From Macrostomum lignano (Eukaryota): 64,000 bases of DNA. Each line of letters starts with the position of its first letter. Within the stretch, counting starts at the first letter, position 1. The stretch covers positions 496,001 to 560,000 of the forward strand of contig NIVC01000051.1 in the NCBI GenBank assembly GCA_002269645.1, given 5' to 3'. Positions 50,031-61,979 of the stretch are shown piece after piece. The position numbers and the translations under genes are program-made. The notes under the pieces are model-generated. The model was not told the DNA's origin and did no database searches. It saw only the letters and a program-made list of their open reading frames with translations.

Positions 50031-53000
50031 CAGTGGTTCAATTCTTGAGCCACTTGCACGGCGTTCTCCAAATCCCAGCAGATTCTGTCCAGCAGGTGCT
50101 TCACAGCCTCCGATGAAGCGCTGGTGGCCGAATCCACGGACTGAGTGTACGGATTGTACAACAGTACCTGCCTTCGCCTTAAAGTCTTCGCGAAATGCCT
50201 AAAACCGCATAGAAAAGTCTGTAAAATGTATAATATAGATATTTGAGGAATTCTTGAAATGCCTCACCTAAGTTTTTCCTTAGCTTCTGTGAAGCTGTTT
50301 GTAAAGAAGTACATGTCCTGAAAAGTGGTCACCTTGCACTCCTGCTGTAAAACGATTGCTGGATCGAATTTGCATATTTTAGCCCGGTCACTGACTGCGT
50401 GCTAAAATTGTTAATTGTAGTTATATACTAAGTTCTATTAGAACTCATATAGTAAAAATAAAATTTTAATGCAGAGTTTTTCAAGCCAATCAAGCTTAGA
50501 AGCTGGCTGCAGTTATCGATCTGGGAATTTGGGCTTGCAATCAATACTTTCTGAAGTAACGCTTTGCGAGTGGGGTGACTGTTGAGCTTGTTATGTTGGA
50601 GTTTTACTTTCAATTAAAATTTAGCAGTGCTGGAAAGTGTAGTGAGTGAAACGAGGCTAGACTGCTCGTTGTAGTCGATAGTTGCCGAAAGCTTGCAGGC
50701 GAGAATAATAGCGATGAGTATATTTATTGAATTATTGAGCTGAGTCAGAATGGTGATCAAATTTGCACCATGCACATTTGATGTTGTACGCATAAGGGTT
50801 GAGCTAGCAGAGTCACGCGGCGCAGCCGCTAACAACCCCCCAACACACACGATAGTAGGCGCTGCCTACACTTCTCCCCCCCAAAGGAATTAAAAAAAAC
50901 TTCGAACTAAAGAAAATTAACTGCAATGCGGATCAGTTACTTAGCTCGTATAGCACTTCGGCGTGTCGCGGGCTGCTCTTGGATGCCGTCTCTGAGCCAC
51001 AGACTCTGCTTCTTGACTAGCGGCCTGGCCGGCTGACTGGCCGGCGGACTGGCCGGCTGATTGACCGGCTGACTGGCCGGCTGACTGGCCGGCTGACTGG
51101 CCGGTGGACTGGCCGGCGGACTGACTGGCTGACTGGCCGGCGGACTGGCCGACTGACTGGCCGGCGGATTGGCCGGCGGACTGACTGGCTGACTGGCCGG
51201 CGGACTGGCCGGCTGACTGGCCGGCGAACTGGCCGGCTGACTGGCCGGTGGACTGGCCGGTGGACTGGCCGGTGGACTGGCCGGTGGACTGGCCGGTGGA
51301 CTGGCCGGTGGACTGGTCCGACGGTTCCATCAGAGGCCGCAGCTGAGTCACGTGCCGCATACAAGACTGCTGGCCTCGCCGTAGGATGCAGGTGTCGCCT
51401 CGAACCTCCTGCACCGTCCATGGCTGAGTTTCGAATGGCAGCTGCGTTTTTTCGCGTGCCTGCTGCTTGCGAAGAACACCCATGCCGGGAACGATGCGGT
51501 GCTCCTTTGCGGCCGTGCGCCTGTCGAACGCATTCTTCATCTGCTGCGTGTACCGCCGGTTCCAGTCCTTCACGGCTTCCTGGCTGACATCAGATGACTT
51601 CGGCTGCCTGCTGGCTGGGATTCCGTCGTTGATCGGCCTGCCCATGAGGAGCTCGGCCGGAGTCCGCCCAGTTGCTCGGTGAGGCGTTGTGCGGAACGCC
51701 AGAAGCCAGTCGTTGACTGCATGATGTCGACTTTCGGGTACTTGGAGTACAGGTCCGTGGTGACCAGCAGCATCTGACCTTGCACCGGGCCGTAGAAGTC
51801 CATGCCGAGCAGTTGCCAAGGTCCGTCCGGCATCTCCGTCGGCTTCAAAGGCGTCTGGTGCACGTGCGTGGCCGCTGCTTGGCAACCGACACAGCACTTG
51901 ACGAATACTTCTCAGTCGCTGCGCATCTTTGGCCACCAGACTTTGGTCTGCAGTCGCTTCAGGGTTCTGTCCGCACCGAGATGTCCCGTATGGGCCAGCT
52001 GCAGTATCGGTCTCCGCAGCGACTCGGGGACAACGATGAGATCTCCGCGGAGCAGAATTCCGTCGCTCTCGGAAAGTTCGCTGCTGCTGGACTTGAGTGC
52101 GCGTTGCACCGGGTCGAGCATGTTCCAGCTGCCGGTTCTGATCGCGCTGAGCGCAGCCTGGATCTCCGTTTCAGTCCTTGAAGAGTCTCGGATCTGCTGA
52201 AGGCTGAATCCCTTTGGCACGGCACCTGCTGACACGGCACTGATGAATGCCGCATCGATGACCTCGCCGATGTTTGGCCTGAGCTCCGGTAGCGGCTGGC
52301 GGCTCAGCAGATCGGCCGGATTGGCAGGTCCCGGCCGGTACAACAAAGTGAAGCGCAGGTGCTGGATGCGGAGGGCCATCCGCTCGATGCGCGGCGGAGG
52401 GCGGGACCCCGGCTTGAAGAGCGGCACAAGAGGTCGATGGTCCGTCACGACGGTGAAGTTCGGGTCGCCTGCCAGATAATGCTCGAACTTCAGGCAGGCA
52501 AACTTGATGGCCAGCGCCTCCCGCTCGATCTGAGCATAGCGCTGCTCCACTGGCGACAGAGCTCGGCTGGCGTAGGCCACGGGTCTGCTGCTGCCGTCTG
52601 GCTGCTTCTGGGTGAGGATGGCGCCGAGACCGATGGGAGATGCGTCCACCAGAAGCTCCGTCTGCCGCTTGCGGTCGAAGAACGCCAGCGTGTCGGCTCC
52701 GGCGATGGCCTTCTTGATTGTGCTGAATGCCTCAGTGTGGCTGGCAGTCCATTCCCATGGCTGACCCTTCTTGGTCAATTGGCGCAGCGGGGCTGACACG
52801 TCGGCGAATCTTGGGATAAATTTCGCCAGAAAGTTTGCGGTGCCGAGAAACGACCGAACTTCTGAGACATTGGCGGAAGTCTTGCATTGCGCGGATTTTC
52901 TCAGCAGCTGGTTGGATGCCTTTGGCTGACAGGTGCATCCCGAGAAATTCAACAGCCGGTTTGGCGAACTTGCACTTGTCCTTGTTCAGCGTGATGCCGA

Positions 53001-56000
53001 ATTCGCGGAGGCGGTGAATGCGGGATCGCGACCGAGTATTGTGAGACCATCGCCATCCATGATGTGGAAGGGCACGACGGTGCTGACTGCTCCGACGCGA
53101 ACTTCCAGGTCGGCGATTCCGAAGATGTTGAGTGGTGCAGAGCAGCCATAGGCTCTGACTTCCGATTCTGGAGTTCGCAGGTGAGGCCGATTGAGCGTCT
53201 TGAAAGTGCGGCTGCTCATAATGCTGCAGCTGGCACCGCTGTCGATCATCATCGAGAGCTGCCGACTTCCCACTTGGACTTTCAGCGAGACCTCAGCCGG
53301 GTAGGTGCCGTTTCTGTGCAGGGTGAACACGTCTTCGCTGGCGACGGCGTCAGGGACCGTGCAGTCTGCGTTGGCGTGGATCTGCTGCCGGGCTCTGCTG
53401 CCGGCTGAGCGCGGTTGACGGCACGCCTTGGCCAGGTGATTTGGCTTACCGCAGTTATTGCAGATCCTGCCCCTGGCTGCGTCGCAGGTGGCGTGGCCAC
53501 GCTCGCCGCATCGGTAGCAGATGTTCATCTGGCTCGGCTTTGATCTCGGTTCGCTGGCGGGTCCGCGTCTGTTTGTCGCTGTTTTGCTGCTCCTGGCCAG
53601 GCTAGCTACCTGGGCGTCGGTGGTCTTCTCCATCTCAGCAGCCTGATCTTCCGCAGCCTCGAATGCTCTGGCCTTCCGCAGGGCATCCTCCAGCGTGATG
53701 CCTGCTTCTTGGAGCAGCCGTCTGCGCAGTTTGTCGGAGGTGCATGTCGCGACGAGCTGGTCCCGGATGAGCGAGTCCCTCAGGTTTTCGAATTCGCACG
53801 GTTCGGCTGCCGCCCGCAGTCTGCTGTGCCAGGCCTCGATTTTCTTACCGGCTTGTTGGATGCACAGGCGAAATTGGTATCTCGCAAAAACAATGTTTTT
53901 CCTGTCGTCGAAATGGCGCTTCAGTCCGTCGAAGATGCTGGCCAATGTGTGCTCCTTCTCTTCGCCTTCAACCTGAGGCTTTGGTAGCTCGCGAACGATA
54001 TCAGAGACCTCCTTTCCGGCAGTGTAGCAGAGCAGCTTGCACTTCTGGTTCTCATTTGCAACTCCGGACGCCTCGATAAAGTCTGTGAAGCGCGCTGCCC
54101 ATTCGCACCAACGCTTGCCAGCGTTGTGAGGGTCGTCGGAGATGACAAATGGTTCGGGGGGCGGTAGCGCGATGTAATTTGTGGCCATGCCCCACGCTGG
54201 ATGCGGTTGCTTGCGACGCCACTGTAGTGAGTGAAACGAGGCTAGACTGCTCGTTGTAGTCGATAGTTGCCGAAAGCTTGCAGGCGAGAATAATAGCGAT
54301 GAGTATATTTATTGAATTATTGAGCTGAGTCAGAATGGTGATCAAATTTGCACCATGCACATTTGATGTTGTACGCATAAGGGTTGAGCTAGCAGAGTCA
54401 CGCGGCGCAGCCGCTAACAACCCCCCAACACACACGATAGTAGGCCCTGCCTACAGAAAGATTGAAATCGAACCCAATCAATGCTCAGGGAATTCTTCAT
54501 CTGCCATATCCGTGTTTTGTCTAATAAAATCTGTTATTGTCAATGGCCCAAGGCTAGAAGAACTGTGAAGGGCGGACTGCGTGCCCAAATTTTCGGATGA
54601 ATGCTCCACAGGCCCCCTTCTGTGCCATTAACAGTGAAAACCAAGTCTTCAATAGCTTGACTCTTCATTGAGGATTTAAATGCTTGCTCCTAGGCTAAAT
54701 TGGCTTAGAAAAGCCAATGGTTCTGTACCTCAAATTCGTCCACACAGGCTAACAGACCAGCTCCGTACGCTTTCAAATGGCCGGCCTCTTTGCAGAAACC
54801 AAACTCAACGGTGAAGAAGTAGCACTAAAAAAGGTATCAACTCTGTAAATTAAAACTGCGTGGTCGCATAACATGCAGTTGTAGCAAATAAAAGCTATAA
54901 CGTACAGTAGCGAGCTTCTTGACGTCCTCCTCTGACGCGCCGAGCGATGCCAAGCCGATCTCTTGAGAGAAGTGCGCAAATGTTGGATCTGCCAGCATTG
55001 GAACGTGACCAAGTAGTTCGTGACAGCAGTCTCTGTAACCAACGGTAAAAGCAGGTGAGTATCCAAGGAGAGCAGCCATTGAGGAGAAGTCCAGCTCATC
55101 TGTGCAACTCACGGCTCAGGTGTATAGAACGGCTTCTCCCAGTGCCTGATGTACTGAGTGCAGCAGAAGACCCTCAGCGCCAGAGCTGAGAGAAAGTCCC
55201 GAGCAGACAGGTAGCCAGCGACGGGACGGAGCGTGAAGCCGGAGCGGCGTCTCACAAAGTCGGAGACGTCGCGCAGCTGCGGAATGCGGTCGCTCCTTCG
55301 AGGGGTAAAAGGAGCTGTATCGTTTTTGGTAACTTTACGATAGGAAAAGTGGGCTTGCAGGTTTATGAAGTTAATGATCGCTTGAGTTGCTTGTCAATGG
55401 GCTTTTGCCGCAGAAATAATAAATATTAGCTTCATATTTCTTTTTCACTACTTGTTAGTAGTCGTTATTTTTTTGTCCAAATATTTCACGGTCTCTACGA
55501 ACTTTAAAAGCCTGTTTCTAGAACACGAACATACTATTTGACTATAAACCATATTAAACTTAACATTTGTGTACCACTTGATATCGTTCAAGCCCTGAGG
55601 ACTACAACGTATGCATAATGCTAGTCACATACTTAGTAGAACAGAATGTTTGAAACATACCTGTACAGGCCGATCTCTCTCAGCTCCTTGAAGTTCTCCA
55701 AGAACTCTTTGCAAGCGTGCTTATCGTAGAGTTCGCACAGACGGTTGAACACGATGGACCAGGTTCGATTCTCCTCTTCAGTGTAGTCCACCAGCGGAAT
55801 GGGCTGGTCGTGCTTGTAGTCGAAGGCCAGTTGGGCAAACATTTTTCTTCGCGTTTTGTACTGCTCGTCTTGCATGCTCTGCCAGAAAGAGTTCAATGAG
55901 TAATTATTTGCATGGAGTAATTGCATCAAATGGTCGAACATTGTTTGTTGCAAAAACTTACAGGATGATCAATGCTTTGCTCTTCAACTTGGAAGACACT

Positions 56001-56914
56001 GCCAACCACTTGATCCAGGTCAGCAGGTCGTTTTGGAAACCAAATTTCTTCGTCTTTATATTGATTTTGAGCGTGTTTTGTTAGAATGCTTTCAAGATAA
56101 ATAAACAAATTCGAAAATAAATAGCATTGCTAAGACCTTAAACCTTACCAGTATCGCAGACAAGCTTCACAGCTTTAGATGTCGTATTTTTAGTGTCCTC
56201 AAAAGCCAAAACCTTCAGTCCCAAGTTGGAAAGCTGGTGAATCGCTCTGTCCTTTTCCAAATGATCACTTGGGGGACGCACGTCCACCACTAAGTCGGTT
56301 GGGCAGCCGTTTTGCTGACTTGATCGATGCGATTCCAAGTGGATCAGTGAGAAACCGGCATCCTGCAATAACATTAGTCATTTGTTTGATTGGCTGCTAA
56401 GCATGTATATTGCGTAGTTATAAGTGTATACGAGTAAGTTAAACTTCATTTGTACTTGCTAATGATGCTCTTGGTCTGTTGGTCTACTGTCTATTGTATG
56501 GGTGCCCGTGTCTTTGATGTGGTTTCTCACTGTTAGTTGCATGGGTGCCCCTGTCTATTAGGTGCGTTGCCACTCTCTATTAGTATGTGGGTGCCCGCTC
56601 CTGTCTCTGAGAAGGGCCGTGACCTCCCCAGACCGTCTTCATAGGACACTGACAGTACGTGACCTTTACACGTACCCAAAAAATTATATTACCTGAATGC
56701 CTTGCAGAATATCACCCCATTGATCTGACGGCAGGTGAGCTACAATTCTTAAGCTATTCGTCTGCTCGGAGAGTTGACTGTTCGATTGCAGCATCAGTCG
56801 TTCGCGTAGCGATCCAGCCATTCGAAGTGCGGCCCCGCCAGCCAGTTCTAGGTAGGCACCGTCATTAACCTGGTCTCCAGTAGCAGTTGGTGATGTGCTT
56901 CTTCTATCGCTCAT
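50031..56914 (-). CDS. TPH: Tryptophan hydroxylase paralog A (exons 56693-56914, 56149-56362, 55962-56053, 55661-55878, 55113-55295, 54906-55032, 54729-54824, 50268-50401, 50031-50198)
   Basis: ACT-like N-terminus; [58 protein letters not shown] and QEC..TTFQD are TPH-type rather than PAH/TH-type; iron ligands His, His, Glu are present. Confidence 0.9.
50941..53010 (-). pseudogene. pol remnant: RT C-terminus, RNase H, integrase zinc finger, integrase tail
   Basis: [43 protein letters not shown]...C..C, MDFYGP; stop at 51912-51914; the integrase core is deleted (VDIMQST joins [13 protein letters not shown]); no YxDD seen. Confidence 0.88.
51020..51315. repeat. 12-bp in-frame repeat (QSAG/QSTG) in the integrase tail
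   Basis: ctgactggccgg / gtggactggccg units. Confidence 0.93.
52986..54188 (-). CDS. Gag-protease ORF (two CCHC knuckles, DSG protease); fused by deletion to the RT tail
   Basis: [34 protein letters not shown]; after ILGRD the sequence jumps to [15 protein letters not shown] in another frame. Confidence 0.9.
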   Translation of the reverse strand: MATNYIALPPPEPFVISDDPHNAGKRWCEWAARFTDFIEASGVANENQKCKLLCYTAGKEVSDIVRELPKPQVEGEEKEHTLASIFDGLKRHFDDRKNIVFARYQFRLCIQQAGKKIEAWHSRLRAAAEPCEFENLRDSLIRDQLVATCTSDKLRRRLLQEAGITLEDALRKARAFEAAEDQAAEMEKTTDAQVASLARSSKTATNRRGPASEPRSKPSQMNICYRCGERGHATCDAARGRICNNCGKPNHLAKACRQPRSAGSRARQQIHANADCTVPDAVASEDVFTLHRNGTYPAEVSLKVQVGSRQLSMMIDSGASCSIMSSRTFKTLNRPHLRTPESEVRAYGCSAPLNIFGIADLEVRVGAVSTVVPFHIMDGDGLTILGRDPAFTASANSASR

Positions 56915-57419
56915 CGCTTTTGGTAGAGACTTCCTAGGTCGTCAGTATTAATTACAAGTGGCCTTATTTATTTAGGGTGCTGTAGTTGCGAATCAGCTGT
57001 CTGGCTCGTGACGGCTGCTCGGGTGCCAATATAGCTCGTACCACGAGAGGTCACCACAAAAATTTGTGCAATTCTGAATGCAAAACACAGGGCTAGAACC
57101 GTTATTTGTTTAGAGGCTAAGTTACCCTGCATTCGAATCAAATTATATTGCCCGCAGTTATTCACTGTTAGAGTATCACACGTGAAACTCTTGCATACTG
57201 TCAGACAGGCGTGAAATGTAAACACAAAGTAGACCAAGTTGACAGGTTAACTTGACTGGGTCTTGCCTGATAGAATTTCTAGAAACGACTGCGTTCTGTT
57301 GCACCCTCCTCCCTTGGGAGGGGGGGCAACGAAGAAAGGAATAAAAAAATTGAATAAACTATGTACACGTAGGCTTTGACCTTGTACAATCTTTGTACAC
57401 AAACCTTGTATTGTTAGTT

Positions 57420-57590
57420 TCATGGAGTGCTAATAGCACGACATGGAGTGCTGATCCCATTTATACATGGAGTGCTAACAGAATCACGTGGAGTGCTGAT
57501 TGCATGACATGGAGTGCCGATCCCATTACATGTAGTGCTGATCGCGGAACATGGAGTGCCGATCGCATGACACGGAGTGCCGATCACAGG
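57420..57590. repeat. Degenerate ~20-bp repeat (catggagtgc(t/c)gat) between the TPH genes
   Basis: About 8 imperfect units. Confidence 0.7.
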
Positions 57591-58080
57591 AATAGACTAC
57601 TAAATATCACAAACCATGTAGGACATTATGTACTCAGCATATGTCATGAAATACATAGAATTTGTTTCATTCGTCATGGCTTTTGAGCATGTTCTCTTCA
57701 ATTCAATAACTTTAATTACGAAAGAATGAACTACACAGGCCTAAGAATTGCTCAATGACTCGCGTAACTTAACACTACATTGAGTGCACATGGTGGTATA
57801 TTTCAGTTGAAAATTTGCATCGGCACAAAGATTGATTTGCTTTAAAATGGTTGTTAACCATACAGTTTATTAATTGCCAATCAGATTTGAATAATACTAG
57901 ATGAATTAGGCATTGAGCGATAATTAGAAAATATGGCTATCCAAAAATATCTATTTTTGAAAATTACTATGATAATTAAAAGTATAGCTATAGAGTTACC
58001 AATACCGACACCAAAGTAGTTTCCTCATCGAACAGAACAGCAACCAGTTGATGGAGCATTAGCAGGCTCAAGCATAATCT

Positions 58081-61000
58081 TCAGCGCTCCAGACTCTTCA
58101 GCATTCGCTGTCCAACATCAAGGTCGAAACTGATGCGTTCGAATAGTCGACAGAGATCAGCGACGCTCGCGATTGTCTCAACAGACTGGGTGAACGGATT
58201 GTACACCAGCTGGTGGCGACGCTCCACTGATTGGAAAAACTTCCTGAAATTTATTTAATACGAACTTCTGCATAATTTCCATTAGCTATTCATAGAATAA
58301 TCGCTTCTTATGACGTCTTACCTTATCTTAGTCACGGCATCGGTGAAGCTTGATGTATAGAAGTAGCCATCCTGGAAGGTCGTAATCCGACACTCCTGCT
58401 TCACAACAAGTTCGGGCTCGAATTCGCATACGTTTGACTTTTCGCTGAGCGAATGCTAAAATGTTCAGATGGTGTAGAGTATAATTATTCTAAAATGCTA
58501 CTGTAAGTAGACTACTGCAAACATGCGCAGCAAAACATGCGCGGAAACTATGAAGCATGTTACTATTTAGAACAACGAATCTTCCTTCAGACCAAGTCAA
58601 CCAAGACTCGTCTGAGTTATTTGCGGTAAGCCTTACTCATTTGCCCTAGTTGTTTGAGTCGACTCAAGAGTGATATTGTGACTGAGTCTATTCGAGACTC
58701 TATTGGTTGTTAGTCTCCAGAAGGACTACCCTGATAGCCTACCGAAGACCATCAGTGATTACCGGAGCTATACCTAGAGTGGATTAAGCCACTGCTAGAA
58801 GGAGAAGGCTTATTTGAAACCGAAGCTTCCTATTGGACCGAACTACAGATTCCGGCCGAAGACAATTCGAGACAGATAAAAGGAACTTGGACCGGAACTA
58901 CAGAAGTCAGGCGCCTGCACTAACTGAATATAAGAAGTTCCGGAGAACTAATCACGAGAATTCAACACCTTCAAGGTAAGCGATAACATTGATTGATTAC
59001 TGGGTTGCCTATCAGTAGCTAGAAGTGATTGTTCCTTGATTACTAAGAAAGTCTTGGTATTAAGGAACACATCCATGGCATGGGTTAATAATGAGAATAC
59101 GAGCTAATTGCAGGAGGCTTGCGATCACATTAGCGCAACGTTTTTGGCGACATCGTCCCGCAAATGGCGCTGAAGCAATTCTGCCCATTCCACTGGCTCC
59201 TGAGCACACGCAAGCGCGTCAATACTGTACGCAGGCCGCACTCACACACACGCTCACACAGGGTCAAGCTGTACTCTCTGTGTTTTGGAGTTTGTCCCTC
59301 ATGGCTGTGAATCTCGCGACAACCCCAGGTCTAATAATGGGACCGCACACGGAATCAAACCAGATTGTCGTGGTGCGAGTCAGACATGGTTATCGCTAAA
59401 CTGCTCTGTACTCGTTAAAATGGGTTTAAAATCATTTTCTGCTCATTTTGACGAAGCATAGGGTTTAGCATGCCACTTGGCTCACCACAAGTTCATCAAC
59501 ACACGACAGTAGACCAGCGCCGTATACTTTCAGTTGATCAGCCTCCTTGCAGAGTCCGAACTCGACGGTGAAGAAATAGCACTGAAAAATCAAATTCGTT
59601 AATAAAGAACGATGGGCCACACGTTTTATCATCTGCTTGTAGCACAATCAAGTGTGCATCTAAGAGGTCAATCAAATAGCTGAGTTGACTAACCGTAGCG
59701 AGCTTCTTGACGTCCTCCTCTGACGCGCCGAGCGATGCCAAGCCGATCTCTTGAGAGAAGTGCGCAAATGTTGGATCTGCCAGCATTGGCACGTGACCAA
59801 GTAGTTCGTGACAGCAGTCTCTGTAACCAACGGTAAAAGCAGGTTAGTATCCAAGTAGAGCAGCCATTGAGAAGAAGTCCAGCTCATCTGTGCAACTCAC
59901 GGCTCAGGTGTATAGAACGGCTTCTCCCAGTGTCTGATGTACTGAGTGCAGCAGAAGACCCTCAGCGCCAGAGCTGAGAGAAAGTCCCGAGCAGACAGGT
60001 AGCCAGCGACGGGACGGAGCGTGAAGCCGGAGCGGCGTCTCACAAAGTCGGAGACGTCGCGCAACTGCGGAATGCGGTCGCTCCTGCGGCGGGGTGAAAG
60101 GTTTATAGATCTATTGGTTTATTGATAAAAAGTAGGCATTATCACTGCTAATAGGGGCCAGAGTAGTTTAGCCATTAACGCGTCATAATCTCACGTTAAA
60201 TGTCCAGTCTTGATTCCGTGATTCTCGCTAATGAGGGCCGACTACCGCTCAACAACAACTAGAAAATCAGTGCCTCTGTAAAACCTGTGTGAGTATTTGG
60301 CTGAGTTTGCTTCTGTTATGTGGATGTGTGCTCAGGTGTTAGCGGAAAGCACCTAATCCCTTTCTGAGCTGCCGTTGGGGGCTTGGGGGTGGTTTGTGGG
60401 GGTCGGGCGTTTTCCCGGCCCTAGTCGTCATGGCTGATGCAGTGGCTGCGTGCCCTTAGCTACTGTTCCCCACTCTCTTCTCTTCTTTGCTCTCTTCCCC
60501 CCTCCACTCACCTACTGCAACGTACCGAAAAGACAATCTCTTACTAATAAACTGTACGGTTACTGACACAGTAACCCAGGGACTACTTAAGTTTAAGTAA
60601 TCCCTGAAGTAACCTTCGATAAGCATCGCAAAAGACCCCAAAGACCCCAAATGCACTCAAGACACGTTTCAAAACCATCGGCTCTAATACACAAGTCGTA
60701 GACTGATAGCGAAATTATGTATCGCACTCAAGGCACATTTGTAAACTACGAGCGTAGTCATCGGTTTAATACAATAATGGTGTAATACAATCAAGTCTTG
60801 TTTGTAAACAACTCATCTGCTTCACCACAAAAGTAGTCTGATAGTTTGATTACTATATCAAGCTTGTTGCGTGATCGGACATTCTGTCTAGATATTCTTT
60901 GGCGGAAAAAGCATAACTATTTGCTTTCTCCCACTGCGCCCACTTGTCGCGTTGATTAGCAAACAAACTAACACTGCCAGGTATCTGTGAAACCGGTCAA

Positions 61001-61979
61001 ACTTCCTACCTGTACAGGCCGATCTCTCTCAGCTCCTTGAAGTTCTCCAAGAACTCTTTGCAAGCGTGCCTATCGTAGAGTTCGCACAGACGGTTGAACA
61101 CGATGGACCAGGTTCGATTCTCCTCTTCAGTGTAGTCCACCAGCGGAATGGGCTGGTCGTGCTTGTAGTCGAAGGCCAGTTGAGCAAACATTTTCCTTCG
61201 CGTTTTGTACTGCTCGTCTTGCATGCTCTGTTTAAGCAGGATATAGCGTGAAAGTGCCTGCTGAATTGCAATTTAAGGTAGAATATTGTCATAAAAGTCA
61301 AAAAGCCTCAAAGGTGCATCAGCTCACGGGATGATCAACGTCGTTCATCTGCTCCAGAAGCAGAACCCTGTTAATCACAATGTCCAAATCGGCTACGCTT
61401 TTCGGAAACCAAGTATTTTCGGCAACTGAAGTGAGCGAGTTTTGGAGTAAGGTTTCTGGGAAACAAATTACTTATATATATGTCAAGAGACTAAAGTGTA
61501 GTACCTGTCATTTTATCTCCCTCTACGTCACGACTGTCATGTAGAAAGCGCACGTCCTTGCCGCAGCTACTTAATAGCTGCAACGCAGACGAAGAGCACG
61601 TATCAGTGTCTTCTGGGAGACAGATTTGCACAAACAGGTCGAACGCTGTTGCAGTATCGTTTTCGCCCTTCTTCGAACGAAACTCAACCTTTTCAATGGC
61701 TGCATTGGCAGTCTGGAATGAAGTTTTGGGTCGTATATAACATGATAAAGCATATAAGACGCTTACTACTGTAAATAAACAAAAACTAACTTGGATAGCT
61801 TCAAAAACTTCTCCCCATCTTGAGACTGGCAGGCTGACAACCACAGCAGCCGTTCGCGACCTTTCTGGCGTCTTCTTCGAGGTCACTTTGCCTGCGTTGA
61901 GCTCCTTGCGTACACTACTTGTCAGATTGTTCGCTGCCTCACTGATGGCGACTAGGTGAGCTAGTGATGCAACTTTCAT
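58081..61979 (-). CDS. TPH: Tryptophan hydroxylase paralog B (exons 61791-61979, 61505-61712, 61328-61465, 61010-61227, 59901-60083, 59694-59820, 59486-59581, 58322-58455, 58081-58243)
   Basis: Same nine-exon layout as paralog A; [41 protein letters not shown]; junctions keep phase. Confidence 0.9.

Larger units (their letters stand above)
50638..54455 (-). mobile_element. Young, internally deleted Ty3/gypsy element in TPH-A intron 7
   Basis: 233-bp LTRs at 50638-50870 and 54223-54455 with one mismatch, TGTAG...CTACA ends, 5-bp TSD gaaag, PBS-like tggcgtcgc, polypurine tract at 50871-50882. Confidence 0.97.

Noticed and set aside
55033-55112. In-frame insertion in the TPH active site suggested by the ORF track
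   Set aside because: It is an 80-nt GT-AG intron; removing it restores [14 protein letters not shown] in both paralogs.
58500-59400. Solo LTR in TPH-B intron 7
   Set aside because: Composition is LTR-like but I found no matching end, TSD or second copy.
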